Source: Haliotis rufescens
Lineage: Eukaryota
Assembly: GCF_023055435.1 (NCBI RefSeq)
Contig: NW_025963779.1
Coordinates: 88,102,001-88,166,000, forward strand
Direction of reading: 5' to 3'
DNA length: 64,000 nt
The notes under the pieces are model-generated. The model saw nothing but the letters and a program-made list of their open reading frames with translations. It was not told the DNA's origin and ran no database searches. Both the position numbers and the translations under genes were made by a program. Of this stretch, positions 38,981 to 51,430 are shown in pieces (positions within the stretch are counted from its first letter, which is position 1; the number at the start of each line of letters is the position of its first letter).

Positions 38981-40352
38981 TATGCCTTTATGCGAGACAA
39001 TTATATGCCTTTGTGGGAGACAATATGCCATTATGCGAGACAATATGCCTTTGTTGGAGATGATATGCCTTTACGTGACACAGTATGCCTTTAAGCGAGA
39101 CAATATGCCTTTAAGCGAGACAATATGCCTTTAAGCGAGACAATATGCCTTTAAGCGAGACAATATGCCTTTAAGCGAGACAACATGCCTTTAAGCGAGA
39201 CAACATGCCTTCAAGCGAGACAACATGCCTTTAAGCGAGACAATATGCCTTTAAGCGAGACAACATGCCTTTAAGCGAGACAACATGCCTTTAAGCGAGA
39301 CAATATGCCTTTAAGCGAGACAATATGCCTTTAAGCGAGACAACATGCCTTTAAGCGAGACAATATGCCTTTAAGCGAGACAATATGCCTTTAAGCGAGA
39401 CAACATGCCTTTAAGCGAGACAACATGCCTTCAAGCGAGACAACATGCCTTTAAGCGAGACAATATGCCTTTAAGCGAGACAACATGCCTTTAAGCGAGA
39501 CAACATGCCTTTAAGCGAGACAATATGCCTTTAAGCGAGACAATATGCCTTTAAGTGAGACAATATGCCTTTAAGCGAGACAACATGCCTTTAAGCGAGA
39601 CAATATGCCTTTAAGCGAGACAACATGCCTTTAAGCGAGACAATATGTCTTTAAGCGAGACAACATGCCTTTAAGCGAGACAATATGCCTTTTAGCGAGA
39701 CAATATGCCTTTAAGCGAGACAATATGCCTTTAAGCGAGACAACATGCCTTTAAGCGAGACAATATGCCTTTAAGCGAGACAATATGCCTTTAAGCGAGA
39801 CAACATGCCTTTAAGCGAGACAACATGCCTTTAAGCGAGACAATATGCCTTTAAGCGAGACAATATGCCTTTAAGCGAGACAACATGCCTTTAAGCGAGA
39901 CAACATGCCTTTAAGCGAGACAATATGCCTTTAAGCGAGACAATATGCCTTTAAGCGAGACAATATGCCTTTAAGCGAGACAATATGCCTTTAAGCGAGA
40001 CAACATGCCTTTAAGCGAGACAATATGCCTTTAAGCGAGACAACATGCCTTTAAGCGAGACAATATGCCTTTAAGCGAGACAACATGTCTTTAAGCGAGA
40101 CAATATGCCTTTAAGCGAGACAACATGCCTTTAAGCGAGACAATATGCCTTTAAGCGAGACAACTTGCCTTTAAGCGAGACAACATGCCTTTAAGCGAGA
40201 CAACATGCCTTTAAGCGAGACAATATGCCTTTAAGCGAGACAACATGCCTTTAAGCGAGACAATATGCCTTTAAGCGAGACAACATGCCTTTAAGCGAGA
40301 CAATATGCCTTTAAGCGAGACAACTTGCCTTTAAGCGAGACAACATGCCTTT
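38981..40352. repeat. 20 bp minisatellite (about 68 copies) just downstream of PRCC
   Basis: Unit caa(t/c)atgcctttaagcgaga. Confidence 0.98.
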
Positions 40353-40454
40353 ATGGCACACAAATGCCTTTTGCCTAAATCCATATGTAGAGGCTGCTTT
40401 TTATGATTACTTTACATTTCTGTCAACAGATGTCAGTGTGTGCACCTATAAGAG

Positions 40455-40845
40455 CCCTGTGAAGATCCGGATAGAGAATAGGTCTTCAGCAACCCATGCT
40501 TGTTATAAGAGGCGACTATGCTTGTTATAAGAGGCGACTAACGGAATAGGGTGGTCAGGCTCGCTGACTTGGTTGATGCATGTCATTGTATCCCAATTGC
40601 GTGGATCGTCGCTCATGACATTAATCACATTCTTGGTCCTGACTCAATTATTTACGAACCTCCGTCATATAATAATTTGCGAACTTCAGTATGGATTTGT
40701 TGACATGGTATTTCCGGTGCTCACAGTAATGTCTTTCCATGGGGGAAAAAACATCCAAACTCATAAAAAGTGCGCACTATACTCAAGAAAATACGGTAGC
40801 TGGAATGTTGCTGGGTGCAGCGTTAAACAACAAACAAACCAAACC
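40455..40845 (+). mobile_element. SINE-like family B interrupted by a Tc2/pogo-like MITE fragment (about 40669-40797)
   Basis: Consensus split at TA (ccgtcata...tagctggaat); the insert ends ...aaaatacgg|ta. Confidence 0.75.
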
Positions 40846-41436
40846 TATAAGAACATCCTTGATCCACACATACAAAACTATTAAAATCAACATAAAAATA
40901 TATGATTTTATTCAGTTCGGCAAACAGTTCTTTATATACAATATAACACATATTGAAATGCACCAATAAAGATATCAGAAGAAATTAACATCAGTGATAA
41001 GAGAGCATATGTTAGACACATAAGCAGTTTATATATAGCAAGATCAGCTCCTTTGGACCCTTAAATACAAACGGAATTTATGACATTAAAAAAAACAAGC
41101 ATTCTTGAGTTGACATCCGTATTGTACCCGAATACACGACACTCCATCACCGACCAGCAGGCACCAAGTCATCTATTGCCTGAAACTCTTCAGCCTTCCA
41201 CATCACCTTTAATCTGCACACGTTCATTTTTGACAACCCCAATTCCCGTAGTCCTGTCCCTTTTTCCTCCCCTTTAGTAACTGGTTACCAAACAAACACC
41301 ACACCTGGCCCCAAACAAACACCACACCTGGCACCACCCGACCATCCTTCTGTGTACCCTCTCTCTCGTCAGCTTCTCACATGACAAGGACAAGGCATAT
41401 ATCTTTTAGAAGAATATGTTTTCGCTGGGTTCACTG

Positions 41437-41670
41437 GTTTGTTTGTTTGTTTTTGTTGTTTTAATGCCACACTCAGCAATTTCCCAGCTATATGACGGCG
41501 GTCTGTAAATAATCAAATCTCGACCAGACAATCCAGTGATTGATATCATGAGCATCGATCCAAACAATTTGGATATGATGACATGTGTCAACCAAGTCAG
41601 CGAGTCTGACCACTCGAACTCGTTAGTCGCCTGTTACGACAAGCATGGGTTGCTAAAGACAGGTCTTCAA
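41437..41670 (-). mobile_element. SINE-like family B
   Basis: Consensus match. Confidence 0.85.
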
Positions 41671-42320
41671 CTGTTCTGAAGAATATGTGACGACATCGTT
41701 GTTGTGGGTGAGTGAGTGAGTGAGTGAGTGAGTGAGTTTGATTTAATGTTACCTTTGAACAGTATTTCAGTTTCATCATGGTATGTTATCATGTGGGAGA
41801 AAAGTGGTGAAACCCACGAGCATGGGTATGGTGCTGACATAACCAGAAACTTTATCAGCACAAATCTGGTATCATAGTCATAGGATTCTGGCATGCCTAA
41901 GGTACACAACTCCACAGCAAATTGCAGCCCCTAGTCGACTGAGCCACGTGTAGCCAACCCCAGGACATAGTAGTAGATGACAGTACATTGCATGCTTTTC
42001 ATCAGCTGCTAAAAGTATCCTTTTAAGTACTCGGTACCGTATAGTGGGACCAAAAAGATATTCAGTCACTGTCTCATTAAAAGGTACATGTAACCCTTCA
42101 GGTTGATTGACAAAACCAGATCAACAATTTTAACGGTTTAAAACTTAATACACAGTAGAAGATACAATACAATGTGCAATGTGAAACTCAGGTATCCTGA
42201 TACATCAAGGAAAAATTGTGCGTAATGTAATGAAATTACATGGAAAAATACACCTGACCTTCCAATGACCCTTATAAATGGTACTCTTGAGATGAAGAAT
42301 ATGTTGTCAGTGTTGACTGA

Positions 42321-42564
42321 TGGTTGTTGTTTGTTTCTTGTTTAATGCCGCACTCAGCAATATCTCAGCTTTGTGATGGCGGTTTGTATATAATCAAGTC
42401 TGGACCAGACAATCCAGTAATTGACATCATGAGCATCGATCTACTCAATTGGGATACAATGACATGCATCAACCAAGTCAGCGAGCCTGACCACCTGACC
42501 CCATTCGTTGCCTCTTACGAGGCATGGGTTGGTGAAGACCAGTTCTAACCCGGATCTTCACGGG
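42321..42564 (-). mobile_element. SINE-like family B
   Basis: Consensus match. Confidence 0.85.
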
Positions 42565-43153
42565 AGGAAATAACCCTTCAGTCAAACAGCACCACAACAA
42601 CCACAGGGGAGCCATGGATTGGTCATGAGACAGAACTCACAACAGCATATACAGTCCAACCAAACACTCCGGCTGCAGGTGAAGCACATCCATCAGAAGT
42701 TAATGTACATGTAGAAATGCCTTAAGAGTTCATTTAAAGAAAATAAATACAAAAATAAAACTGTACAACTAATTTAATTCCTCTAATTGTTCTAATTGCC
42801 TGAAATACTAATAATTCTTATATTGTGGCCTGAAGGCGATATGATATTGCACTGTGTATCATCAAGTGGTATGTATCCAACCTCACCTGTTGTCATATAA
42901 TAGTTGAAACTTGAATACACAATCTTAGATTGAGCAACAAATCAACATATTCAAATTTAATGTATTTTAAAAGAACAAATTCTAAAATGACATTGTAACA
43001 TTGTAACAATAAATAAACATGAAGATATTTGTTTCATGGCCAAAGCACATATAAATACTACTCAAAAGAAGTTAAAGAACAACTGATTTGTTTCATATGA
43101 CTTTAGTTAATCTGTCATGGCTGACAGGTATTGCAACACAGACTTCAAATTGT

Positions 43154-43182
<29 letters not shown>

Positions 43183-43184
<2 letters not shown>

Positions 43185-43360
43185 GGGGCGCGTGGTTGGG
43201 CAGCCCAGTGGTTAAAGCTTCCGCTCGTCATGCCAAAGACCCGGGTTCGATTCCCCACATTGGTACAATGTGTGAAGCCCATTTCTGGTGTCCCCCGCCA
43301 TGATATTGCTGGAATATTGCTAAAAGCGGCATAAAACCATACTCACTCACTCACTCACTC
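43183..43360 (+). mobile_element. SINE family A preceded by (TG)n and a poly-G expansion
   Basis: Full copy with (ACTC)n tail; flanking aattgtgtg repeat. Confidence 0.9.
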
Positions 43361-43664
43361 CAATTGTGTGCGTTCTTTAACTTGTTTTGAGTGGTATACA
43401 TAGTGTGGTCGATCACAGTTAAAGGCTGATATCACTATAATAAATATCACCAAGTCAGATGTATCACAGAAATACTGACTGATATGATCAAGAATTTTCA
43501 CAACAACAAGATTACATAAAACATTCAACACTGCTGTGGACAAAGTAAATCTGCTCAATAAAGTAAGGTAGAATTGCTAAGGTTGTCATTGAGTATTTTA
43601 TATCTAAATGAGGTTTTTTCTACACATATTTAATATTTATGTTCCCTGCTTCATAGCATTTTCT

Positions 43665-43705
43665 CACCTGATGAAGGAGTAAGAATATACTCGGACACGT
43701 TGTGT
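43665..43705 (+). other. Degenerate Penelope-type minimal hammerhead-like motif
   Basis: cac-CTGATGA-aggagt-aagaatat-actc-g-GACAC-gttgtg; the core GAAA is mutated to GACA. Confidence 0.35.
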
Positions 43706-43829
43706 TCCTCATGATAAAGGAGTTGACATGTTCCTAACCCTATGTTACTGTAGTTTCCAGGTATGCTGACACTAGCAAGCAACGAAATGTTCAGAAAAAT
43801 ACATTCATTTCTTTTATTGTTGCTTCAAT

Positions 43830-44050
43830 TGGTTTGGTTTGGTTTGTTGTTTAACGCCGCACTTAGCAATATTCCAACTATATGACCGCGGTCTGTAAAT
43901 AATGGAGTCTGGACCAGACAATCCAGTAATTGACATCATGAGCATCGATCCTCGCAATTGGGATACAATGACATGCCTCAACCAAGTCAGCGAGCCGACC
44001 ACCCGATCCCGATAGTGGCCTCTTACGACAAGCATAGTCGCCTTTTACAG
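43830..44050 (-). mobile_element. SINE-like family B
   Basis: Consensus match, 5'-truncated. Confidence 0.85.
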
Positions 44051-45149
44051 CAAACATTCTCCAATTGGCTGAGAGTACAAACAATGGATCCACATAAATT
44101 ATTTGCAATAGTCCTGTATATGATGAATCACTTACAGTTTTCATTTGTCTGAAATGAACATTGAGATACTCATGCATCACTCAGCCTGCTGCTGCTTCGG
44201 CTGTATGTGGGTCTCATGCAATAAAAAGGGCTTCATTTATAACAAGATTTTGCCACTAAGTGGCTATATCCCCACCCCTATTGCAGAATTTATGACATAA
44301 TTAAATCTAAACAAACCCTAACCTTTTTTAACCGAGGTGGAACTTGTCATGGAAATTGTAAAAAAAAGAAGAGTTTGCCACTATCGTGGCCAAGTCTCCT
44401 GCCCAGCAAATGAAGTGTATATATCATGTCAACAACAGTGAAATTTGATCACACAAATACATACATTTGAAAATATTCAAATTTTGTAAGGATTTAAAGG
44501 CAGAAGGGGAGCATCTACTTGATGTAAATGCAAAATAACCTGAAGAAACAAAACATAATGCTGCAAAACACAATTTCTATGAAGTTCAAGAAACAAATGA
44601 AACTTCTCCACAAAAACATGATGGAAGTACAAACTGACAAAACCAGTTACTGCATTTACTACTGAATTCATGAGGGTGGGAGAAAGAAAAAACATTACAA
44701 GTCACATTTTGACTCATAATAATATCTACATGGAATATTTGTTAAGAAACATAAGTGGTATTAGTTTGTGATATGTGACTATGGTCAAACCCAAGATGTT
44801 TCTTTGGACATAGTAGATTAAATGCAAAATATTAAGATTAAAAAAGTTCAGTTCATTACCACATTGAATAACATGCAAAGAAATAATGATAGTCACTTCC
44901 ATATACTGCACCTATTCCGTCACACCCCACACAAGATGATGGTCAGTGTATGGAACTGGAAAGACTCTAGTTGAGATGGGCTCATTACAGAAGATCAAGT
45001 CTAGTGTACCCCCAAGGGTGCGGGTTGGTTTGCTCATATACTGGGTGAATGTAAACTACTCCATTGTTGTCACGGACAGACTGGGTCATATTGAAGTCCC
45101 CAGTGATAACAATCCTATACTGATTGAGTTTTTAGCATCTAAAAAAAGA

Positions 45150-45552
45150 ATTGATAAATTTCTAAAAGTTCAACTTGTTGCAATGGAAAAATAAAAAAAT
45201 TAAAATTCCAAAAATTTTAAATAGCGAAAGGCACCAGTTCAGCATGTACCTGACTTACCTGCAAAGTTTCATGAAAAAATATTGAACGTTTTATGAGTTA
45301 TGCTCCGGAAACCAACCCTACCCTCACAGAACCTACATCCATCTTGTTGCCATCAAAACATAAAAAATATAAATTTCTAAAATTTCTAAATAGCAAAAGG
45401 CACCAGTTCAGCATGTACTCAACAGACCTGCAAAGTTTCATGAAAAAATATTGAACGGTTTCAGAATATTGCTCCGGAAACGAAATGTGACGGACGGACG
45501 GACGGAGCCCATTTCTATATCCCCCGCCAACTTCGTTGGGCGGGGGATAACA
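45150..45552 (+). mobile_element. Helentron-associated (HINE/DINE-like) element
   Basis: Two about 170-bp internal repeats, a (GGAC)n microsatellite, then 3' stem-loop cccccgccaac-ttc-gttgggcggggg before ataacaa. Confidence 0.6.
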
Positions 45553-46152
45553 AAAGGAATGAATATACATGGGAACCTAATCAAATGTGCAGTTCTATGA
45601 ACACGGGGCTCTATGATCACCATGATGTATGAATGCTAGAACTGAGTATTGCCTGGTATCTTCAATACGATTCGTATCACGATACAGACTGATGATACTA
45701 CTGGTATCACAATACACCACATCAAATATAAGAATGATGAAATCACTGAAATACAGCTCTAAAACCTCTTTCTTCATACATTCAATTATTGTTATCTCAA
45801 AAACTTTAACAAAGAAAACCACAAGAACAAAACAGATTTAAATGAAGGGATTGTTATTAAATGTAACAGTTAGTGGGCGTGTCCTCAGCTACCTTGTCCT
45901 TGTGATCTGCCATGTTTAAAGGTGGTGCTATGCTACTTCTGCCATTATGGGTGGTAACTCTATTAGTTCCTGTTCTATTCATAGCATATCATGACATCAC
46001 AAACTGAGGATTCAAGTATCGTGTGAACCTAAGTATCAATGATATCGTAGGTATCAGTGAATTGTTACAGCACTAATAAATGCGATATATCTTAATAACA
46101 GTCAAACACAGGGGGTAACTGTAAGATTCTGCAGGCAAATGTGTTACAAGCA

Positions 46153-46340
46153 AACCTGTTTAATGCCATAATAAGCAATATTCCAGGTCTACGGCAGCCT
46201 GTAAATATTCGAGTCCAGACCAGACACAACCAAGTGACTTGGATATGATGACCTGCATCAACCATGTCAGCAAGTCTGATCACCCGATCCTGTTAGCCGC
46301 CTCTCCTGTTATCGGCAATTCTAACCTGGACCTTTATTGG
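46153..46340 (-). mobile_element. SINE-like family B, degenerate
   Basis: Diverged consensus match. Confidence 0.65.
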
Positions 46341-47602
46341 GGTACATAGATGTAGTAAACGGATGCATAAAACGGAGACGGTCTTGACCAGCCAAGAGGT
46401 AACTGACAATGTATGAAGCTGGTTTCATAAAACATGGTAGTAGGCAAGTGTGCAGTTCGGTCTGAAGGGATGGTTTTCCAGTTTTGCACCTATTTGATGT
46501 TTGTTGCCCATGACAGAAATTTCACTGTGCTGCAAAGTTTATAATCAAGGTCAAAGTTCATAACATTGCCAATAATGGAACAAACATGTTGGCCCCACAA
46601 CTAACCACACCTGGGCCAAATGTCATTTACAATTTGAAAAAAAGCGATGTCAGATTAATAGTGAGATGCAGTAACAGAAGCCAGAGGCAGAAGCGTAGGG
46701 TTGCAGCTGGATCATAGCTGGATAATAAATAGAAAAATGCCCCAAAAGATATCTTATGTTATTCCGAAAACCAGAGTTATTCCGAGTTATGGCCCGAAAT
46801 TACATTAGAATCTGATATTTAAAATCTGATTAGAATTATGTGTGCAGGTTTTGGAGACACCATAGCTTGGATCAATTACATGAGAATCAGCCCACTAAGG
46901 CCTTGTAGTTTCAGAGGAGTGGTCAAAATTAAAAAATTAACCACGGTTAACCAAATGAAGAACCGGACGGACTGAAAAGTGACAACAAGCCACAACATAA
47001 ACTCACTTTGGTTTCAGTCTGATGAGCTAAACCCTGGAAGACTCGCCAGTAAATTGTTGATATGTTCACCATTTTTGAGGCCGTCAATCTAGTCCAAGAC
47101 AGGCCCTTGGTTATAATCATACTTAACAAATGAAGCATATAGGGGCATACATTGAAATCAATACATGCATATATGTTCTTGTACATTACTTGAGTCTCGA
47201 TTCTTATTTTAGGAAAACTTGACAAAAGGGATAAATCTTTTGAACAACACTTCCTGACATGAGCAAAATGCACCGCAAGCTCTGTTAAACAGTAAGCATA
47301 ACAATTAACGTTTTATAAACATCAAAGTCAATTCATATTCATAATTCACACACAAATAGTTTAAGTACCAAGTTGTGTTGACGTGTCAACCCCTGTTTGT
47401 AGTTTGTGTTCCACTTATCACCAGTATATAATTGCATTGTTCAGACCAGCTATACATGCAGGAGACTATTGGCACTATCAGAAGTACAGCAGACCAACGT
47501 GGCTAACTCACATCAAACTCCTTCAATATGTACATGTAAAAGTTGCTTCAAATGTTTCACATAATAATGAAATGCATTTCACATTTATGATATAAGTAGC
47601 CT

Positions 47603-48205
47603 GAGTTGTTTCCCCTACAGGAAGCCATAGGTTCACTTGTATGTAAAACAAGAGTTGTTCCCCTTACAGGAAGTCACAGGTTCACTTGTATGTTAAACAA
47701 GAGTTGTTTCCCCTACAAGAAGTCACAGGTTCACTTGTATGTAAAACAAGAGTTGTTTCCCCTACAGGAAGTCACAGGTTCACTTGTATGTAAAACAAGA
47801 GATGTTCACCCCTATAGAAAGTCACAGGTTCAGTTGTATGTAAAACAAGAGTTTTTCCCCCTACAAGAAGTCATAGGTTCACTTGTATGTAAAACAAGAG
47901 ATGTTCACCCCTATAGAAAGTCACAGGTTCAGTTGTAAGTAAAACAAGAGTTTTTCCCCCTACAAGAAGTCATAGGTTCACTTGTATGTAAAACAAGAGT
48001 TGTTCCCCCAACAGGAAGTCACAGGTTTACTTGTATGGGAAACAAGAGTTGTTTCCCCTTCAGGAAGTCACAGGTTCACTTGTATGTTTAACAAGAGTTG
48101 TTCCCCCAACAGGAAGCCACAGGTTTACTTGTATGGGAAACAAGAGTTGTTTCCCCTTCAGGAAGTCACAGGTTCACTTGAATCACAAAGAGTTGTTCCC
48201 CTTAC
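47603..48205. repeat. About 49 bp minisatellite (about 12 copies) in the presumed MFSD12 3' UTR
   Basis: Unit gagttgtttcccctacaggaagtcacaggttcacttgtatgtaaaacaa. Confidence 0.93.
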
Positions 48206-48371
48206 ATACAGTGATGGGATGTTGTGGAACATCAAAATAACTAGATACCACGTGGGCAAGGATGAACAAGGTAATGTGATGTTGTTTGAAGCCTACCACT
48301 GACTGTAGTCATGTAAGCCTACACCTGAGACATATGTTGTCACAGCAGTGTCTGAGCTAGAAGAAAGAAAT

Positions 48372-48577
48372 CTACCAAATGGGATCCACGTCTACCGGCG
48401 GCGAGTTCATGGACGTGTGAAGTGCGGCAGTTGTGTGGGGTGAGTTGGACGTAGGTCTCCCTGTAACTCCTGACGGTGGATTGATGCTCTTCCTGAGAAG
48501 GGGGGACTTTTCATCGTCATCATCATAAGAAGCAGGAATTGTTCCATTTTGCAAACCTGAGGATACCGTTATGTCCA
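48372..48577 (-). CDS. MFSD12: MFSD12 terminal exon, cytosolic tail with acidic dileucine motif
   Basis: ttttttccag|TG phase-1 acceptor; VDITVSSGLQNGTIPASYDDDDEKSPLLRK...DPIW*; TAG at 48372-48374. Confidence 0.8.
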
Positions 48578-49281
48578 CTGGAAAAAAGGTTGGATAAATA
48601 TATACATATAAGCATTCAATCATCTATGAAACGATTCCTGCACATCAGCTTACGCTACATATATACTACTCAAAAGAAGTTAAGGATCTTTCATATTAGT
48701 ATAGCTAATCTGTCATGACAGACAGATAGGCTATAGTAATATGAAAGAATGGGGTGGTCCTTAATTTCTTTTTAGTAGTATATGTACTACATTAGTAATA
48801 AAATAAGTAATCACTTCAGTAAAAATCAGAAACATATGGATTCAATAAGTGAATATTACAAGACAAAAACCTTTCATGTACAGAGGAACATGACATAAGA
48901 GCTCTATACAAGGTAAATATATCTGCCCATCGGATTCCTAGATCTCATCAGCCTCTGTGACTGGCCTAGGAGACTCTCACCAGCCCAGTGTTTTATTCAG
49001 AAATAAAAAACTGCCAGGCTGTCATCAGGACCCGAAGATTTTAGAAGATGCAGGCTCTTACTTAACTCTTTGGGACCTCATTTTAAAAAAACTGCAGCTT
49101 ATTCATACAAACACGAAAACTGCAGGCCAAAAGGACCTGTAGAAATTTGAAACTATGGACCCGACAAGAGATCTACCTGCCACGGGCCTATGGGTAGGCG
49201 CTTCGGACTGGCCAAGGAATAGGGTTACAGTAGGTGTATACAGGGTTCCTGCAATAGATTCAAGGTTAGAATGCCTCATAC

Positions 49282-49415
49282 CTTTATCTCTCCACCGAGA
49301 GCCAAGTGTTTGGGGTAGGAGCGTCAATAAAGTCACAAATCCTAGTATGGCGAAGCCGCCTGGCACGATGGACTGGACCAGGCGGTAGAAAGGTACACAC
49401 AGTGGGCAGCAGTCT
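49282..49415 (-). CDS. MFSD12: MFSD12 canonical last-TM exon
   Basis: ttgcag|A phase-2 acceptor, G|gtatga phase-1 donor; DCCPLCVPFYRLVQSIVPGGFAILGFVTLLTLLPQTLGSRWRDK resembles MFSD12 CCRACVSFYHW...GG. Confidence 0.9.
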
Positions 49416-49494
49416 CTGCAAGGATCAACAACATGTCTTGTGCAGTCTCTTTATCACACATGTTGGCAGTGAAACACACTGCAACATAATAACT

Positions 49495-49940
49495 ATGTTG
49501 ATAATCAAACACATTGTTACACATGTTGACAATTAAAAACATTGTAAGATGTCTTGACAGTCAAACACATTGTTACACGCTGACAACTAAAACCATTGTA
49601 ACATATGTTGACAGTCAAACACATTGTTACACATGGTGACTACTAAAACCATTGTAACATATGTTGACAGTCAAACACATTGTTACACATGGTGACAACT
49701 AAAACCATTGTAACATCTAAAACCATTGTAACATATGTTGACAGTCAAACACATTGTTACACATGGTGACAACTAAAACCATTGTAACATCTAAAACCAT
49801 TGTAACATATGTTGACAGTCAAACACATTGTTACACATGGTGACAACTAAAACCATTGTAACATCTAAAACCATTGTAACATATGTTGACAGTCAAACAC
49901 ATTGTTACACATGGTGACAACTAAAACCATTGTAACATAT
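49495..49940. repeat. Compound minisatellite about 80 nt upstream (on -) of the MFSD12 acceptor at 49416
   Basis: Alternating gttgacagtcaaacacattgttacacat and ggtgacaactaaaaccattgtaacat subunits. Confidence 0.9.
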
Positions 49941-49975
49941 AAGCAGAGACACTTGTCTTTATTCACACAATGATA

Positions 49976-50263
49976 GGGGGCACGGGTGGCCCAGTCGTCT
50001 AAGGCACCGCGATTCGCTGTGCAGAGTTGCGTCCCTTGGGCACGCCAGAAACCTATGATTGTGGGTTCGAATCCCGGTTCACCCCGATTATGTTTCTAGG
50101 TTTGTCAGCACCATACCCGTGCTCGTGGGTTTCACCGAAGTGGTAAACGTCTGAGACCTGCATCACTTCGGGCTTTCCTCCCACATTAAGCTGACACGCC
50201 GTGATATAACTGGAATACTGTTAAAAGCGGCGTAAAACCCAACTCACTCACTCACTCACTCAC
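49976..50263 (+). mobile_element. tRNA-derived SINE family C, full length
   Basis: A box tggcccagtcgtctaagg, B box ggttcgaatcc, shared 3' tail, (ACTC)n; TSD cacaatgata. Degenerate relatives near 6290-6500, 12493-12830, 41710-41850 and 58927-59060. Confidence 0.9.
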
Positions 50264-50737
50264 ACAATGATACATAGGTCAACACTTACACAACCTGACA
50301 TTCAACAGGACTGAGCAATGAGCAAAGGCGAGATTTTCAATATTGTTTTATATGAGATCCAATTAGGACACTACATGTGAACATTTGCTTGGATCTTAGA
50401 CCAATGTAAAATCCTGTTTATTGAGGGTAGATTTGAAAGGGCATAATGATTCAACTGAGAAAAGGTTCATTGCATGTTCATTGCAGGATAATGAACCAAA
50501 TTAACATTGTACTAGGACTGTTTAATTCATTATTCACTGCTGACATGTAAAGTGACCAATAGCTGGCCTGATGGTATTGCATACATGTATAATACTATCA
50601 ACCTAATAACAGATTCAGTAGCCTAGTGGTTAAAGCATTCACTCGTCACGCTGAAGACCCTGGTTTGATTCCTGACCTTGGGGTACTTTCAGTGACTTGA
50701 GCAAACACCTTCATGGTGTGGAGTCACCTATCATAAT

Positions 50738-50739
<2 letters not shown>

Positions 50740-50773
<34 letters not shown>
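50740..50773. repeat. (ATC)11 microsatellite
   Basis: Direct reading. Confidence 0.95.
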
Positions 50774-50774
<1 letters not shown>

Positions 50775-51430
50775 ATGCTTAACTCATAACATCTTTACAC
50801 ATAATACCGGTATTTAGAATATCAAACAAAAAAATTGATATCTGAGGACGTTTTCATGACACATTTACAGATGTCAATCATGCCGAGTCACCACGTCCTT
50901 TAGCGACAGACATATTGTGGAAACTATAAGTAACAACAAACAACGTGTATGATAAGATGATGCGGCGTCACACAGACTATTGATCCCGGTGACCTAAAGA
51001 GATAACCATATGTGGAGCAGTCAAGTTAATACACCTTTATCATGCATGAGATTTGACAAGCATCCTATTCAGGATGTAGTCTGGCTACATGCCAAGTGCT
51101 TCCCATCACAACAAACGTCAACCTTGAAAGTTCCTATCTTTAACCCCTATCGTCCTTCAAGATCGTCATCTAAGGTCATACTGCACTATGGGTTGTATTG
51201 TATTTCCAATTCATTCATTATTATCATACAACTATAACTAGAAACTAATATCTCTTACAATTTTGAAAATTTTAAGTTACTTTTTGTGGAGTATCCCCCA
51301 CTTTTATTAAGAGTATATATATGACTCTACTTAAAGTACTATTGGGGTTGCTCTTTTTACAAGTTTGACCATTTTTCCTTTTCCGTCACTCTCTATCCAA
51401 TCGTGTCCCATCAAACACATTCGTTCCCCG

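Noticed and set aside
31281-40352. CRISPR-like appearance of the regular arrays
   Set aside because: Units are head-to-tail with no unique spacers, there are no cas genes, and the context is eukaryotic and intronic.
47603-48205. Shared acaggttcac word with the 95-bp exon array, suggesting common origin
   Set aside because: Only about 10 bp of identity; the rest of the units do not align.
49103-49281. Read-through of the canonical last-TM exon as the true C-terminus
   Set aside because: A good phase-1 donor and a matching downstream exon with a sorting motif explain the structure better; retained only as a possible minor isoform.
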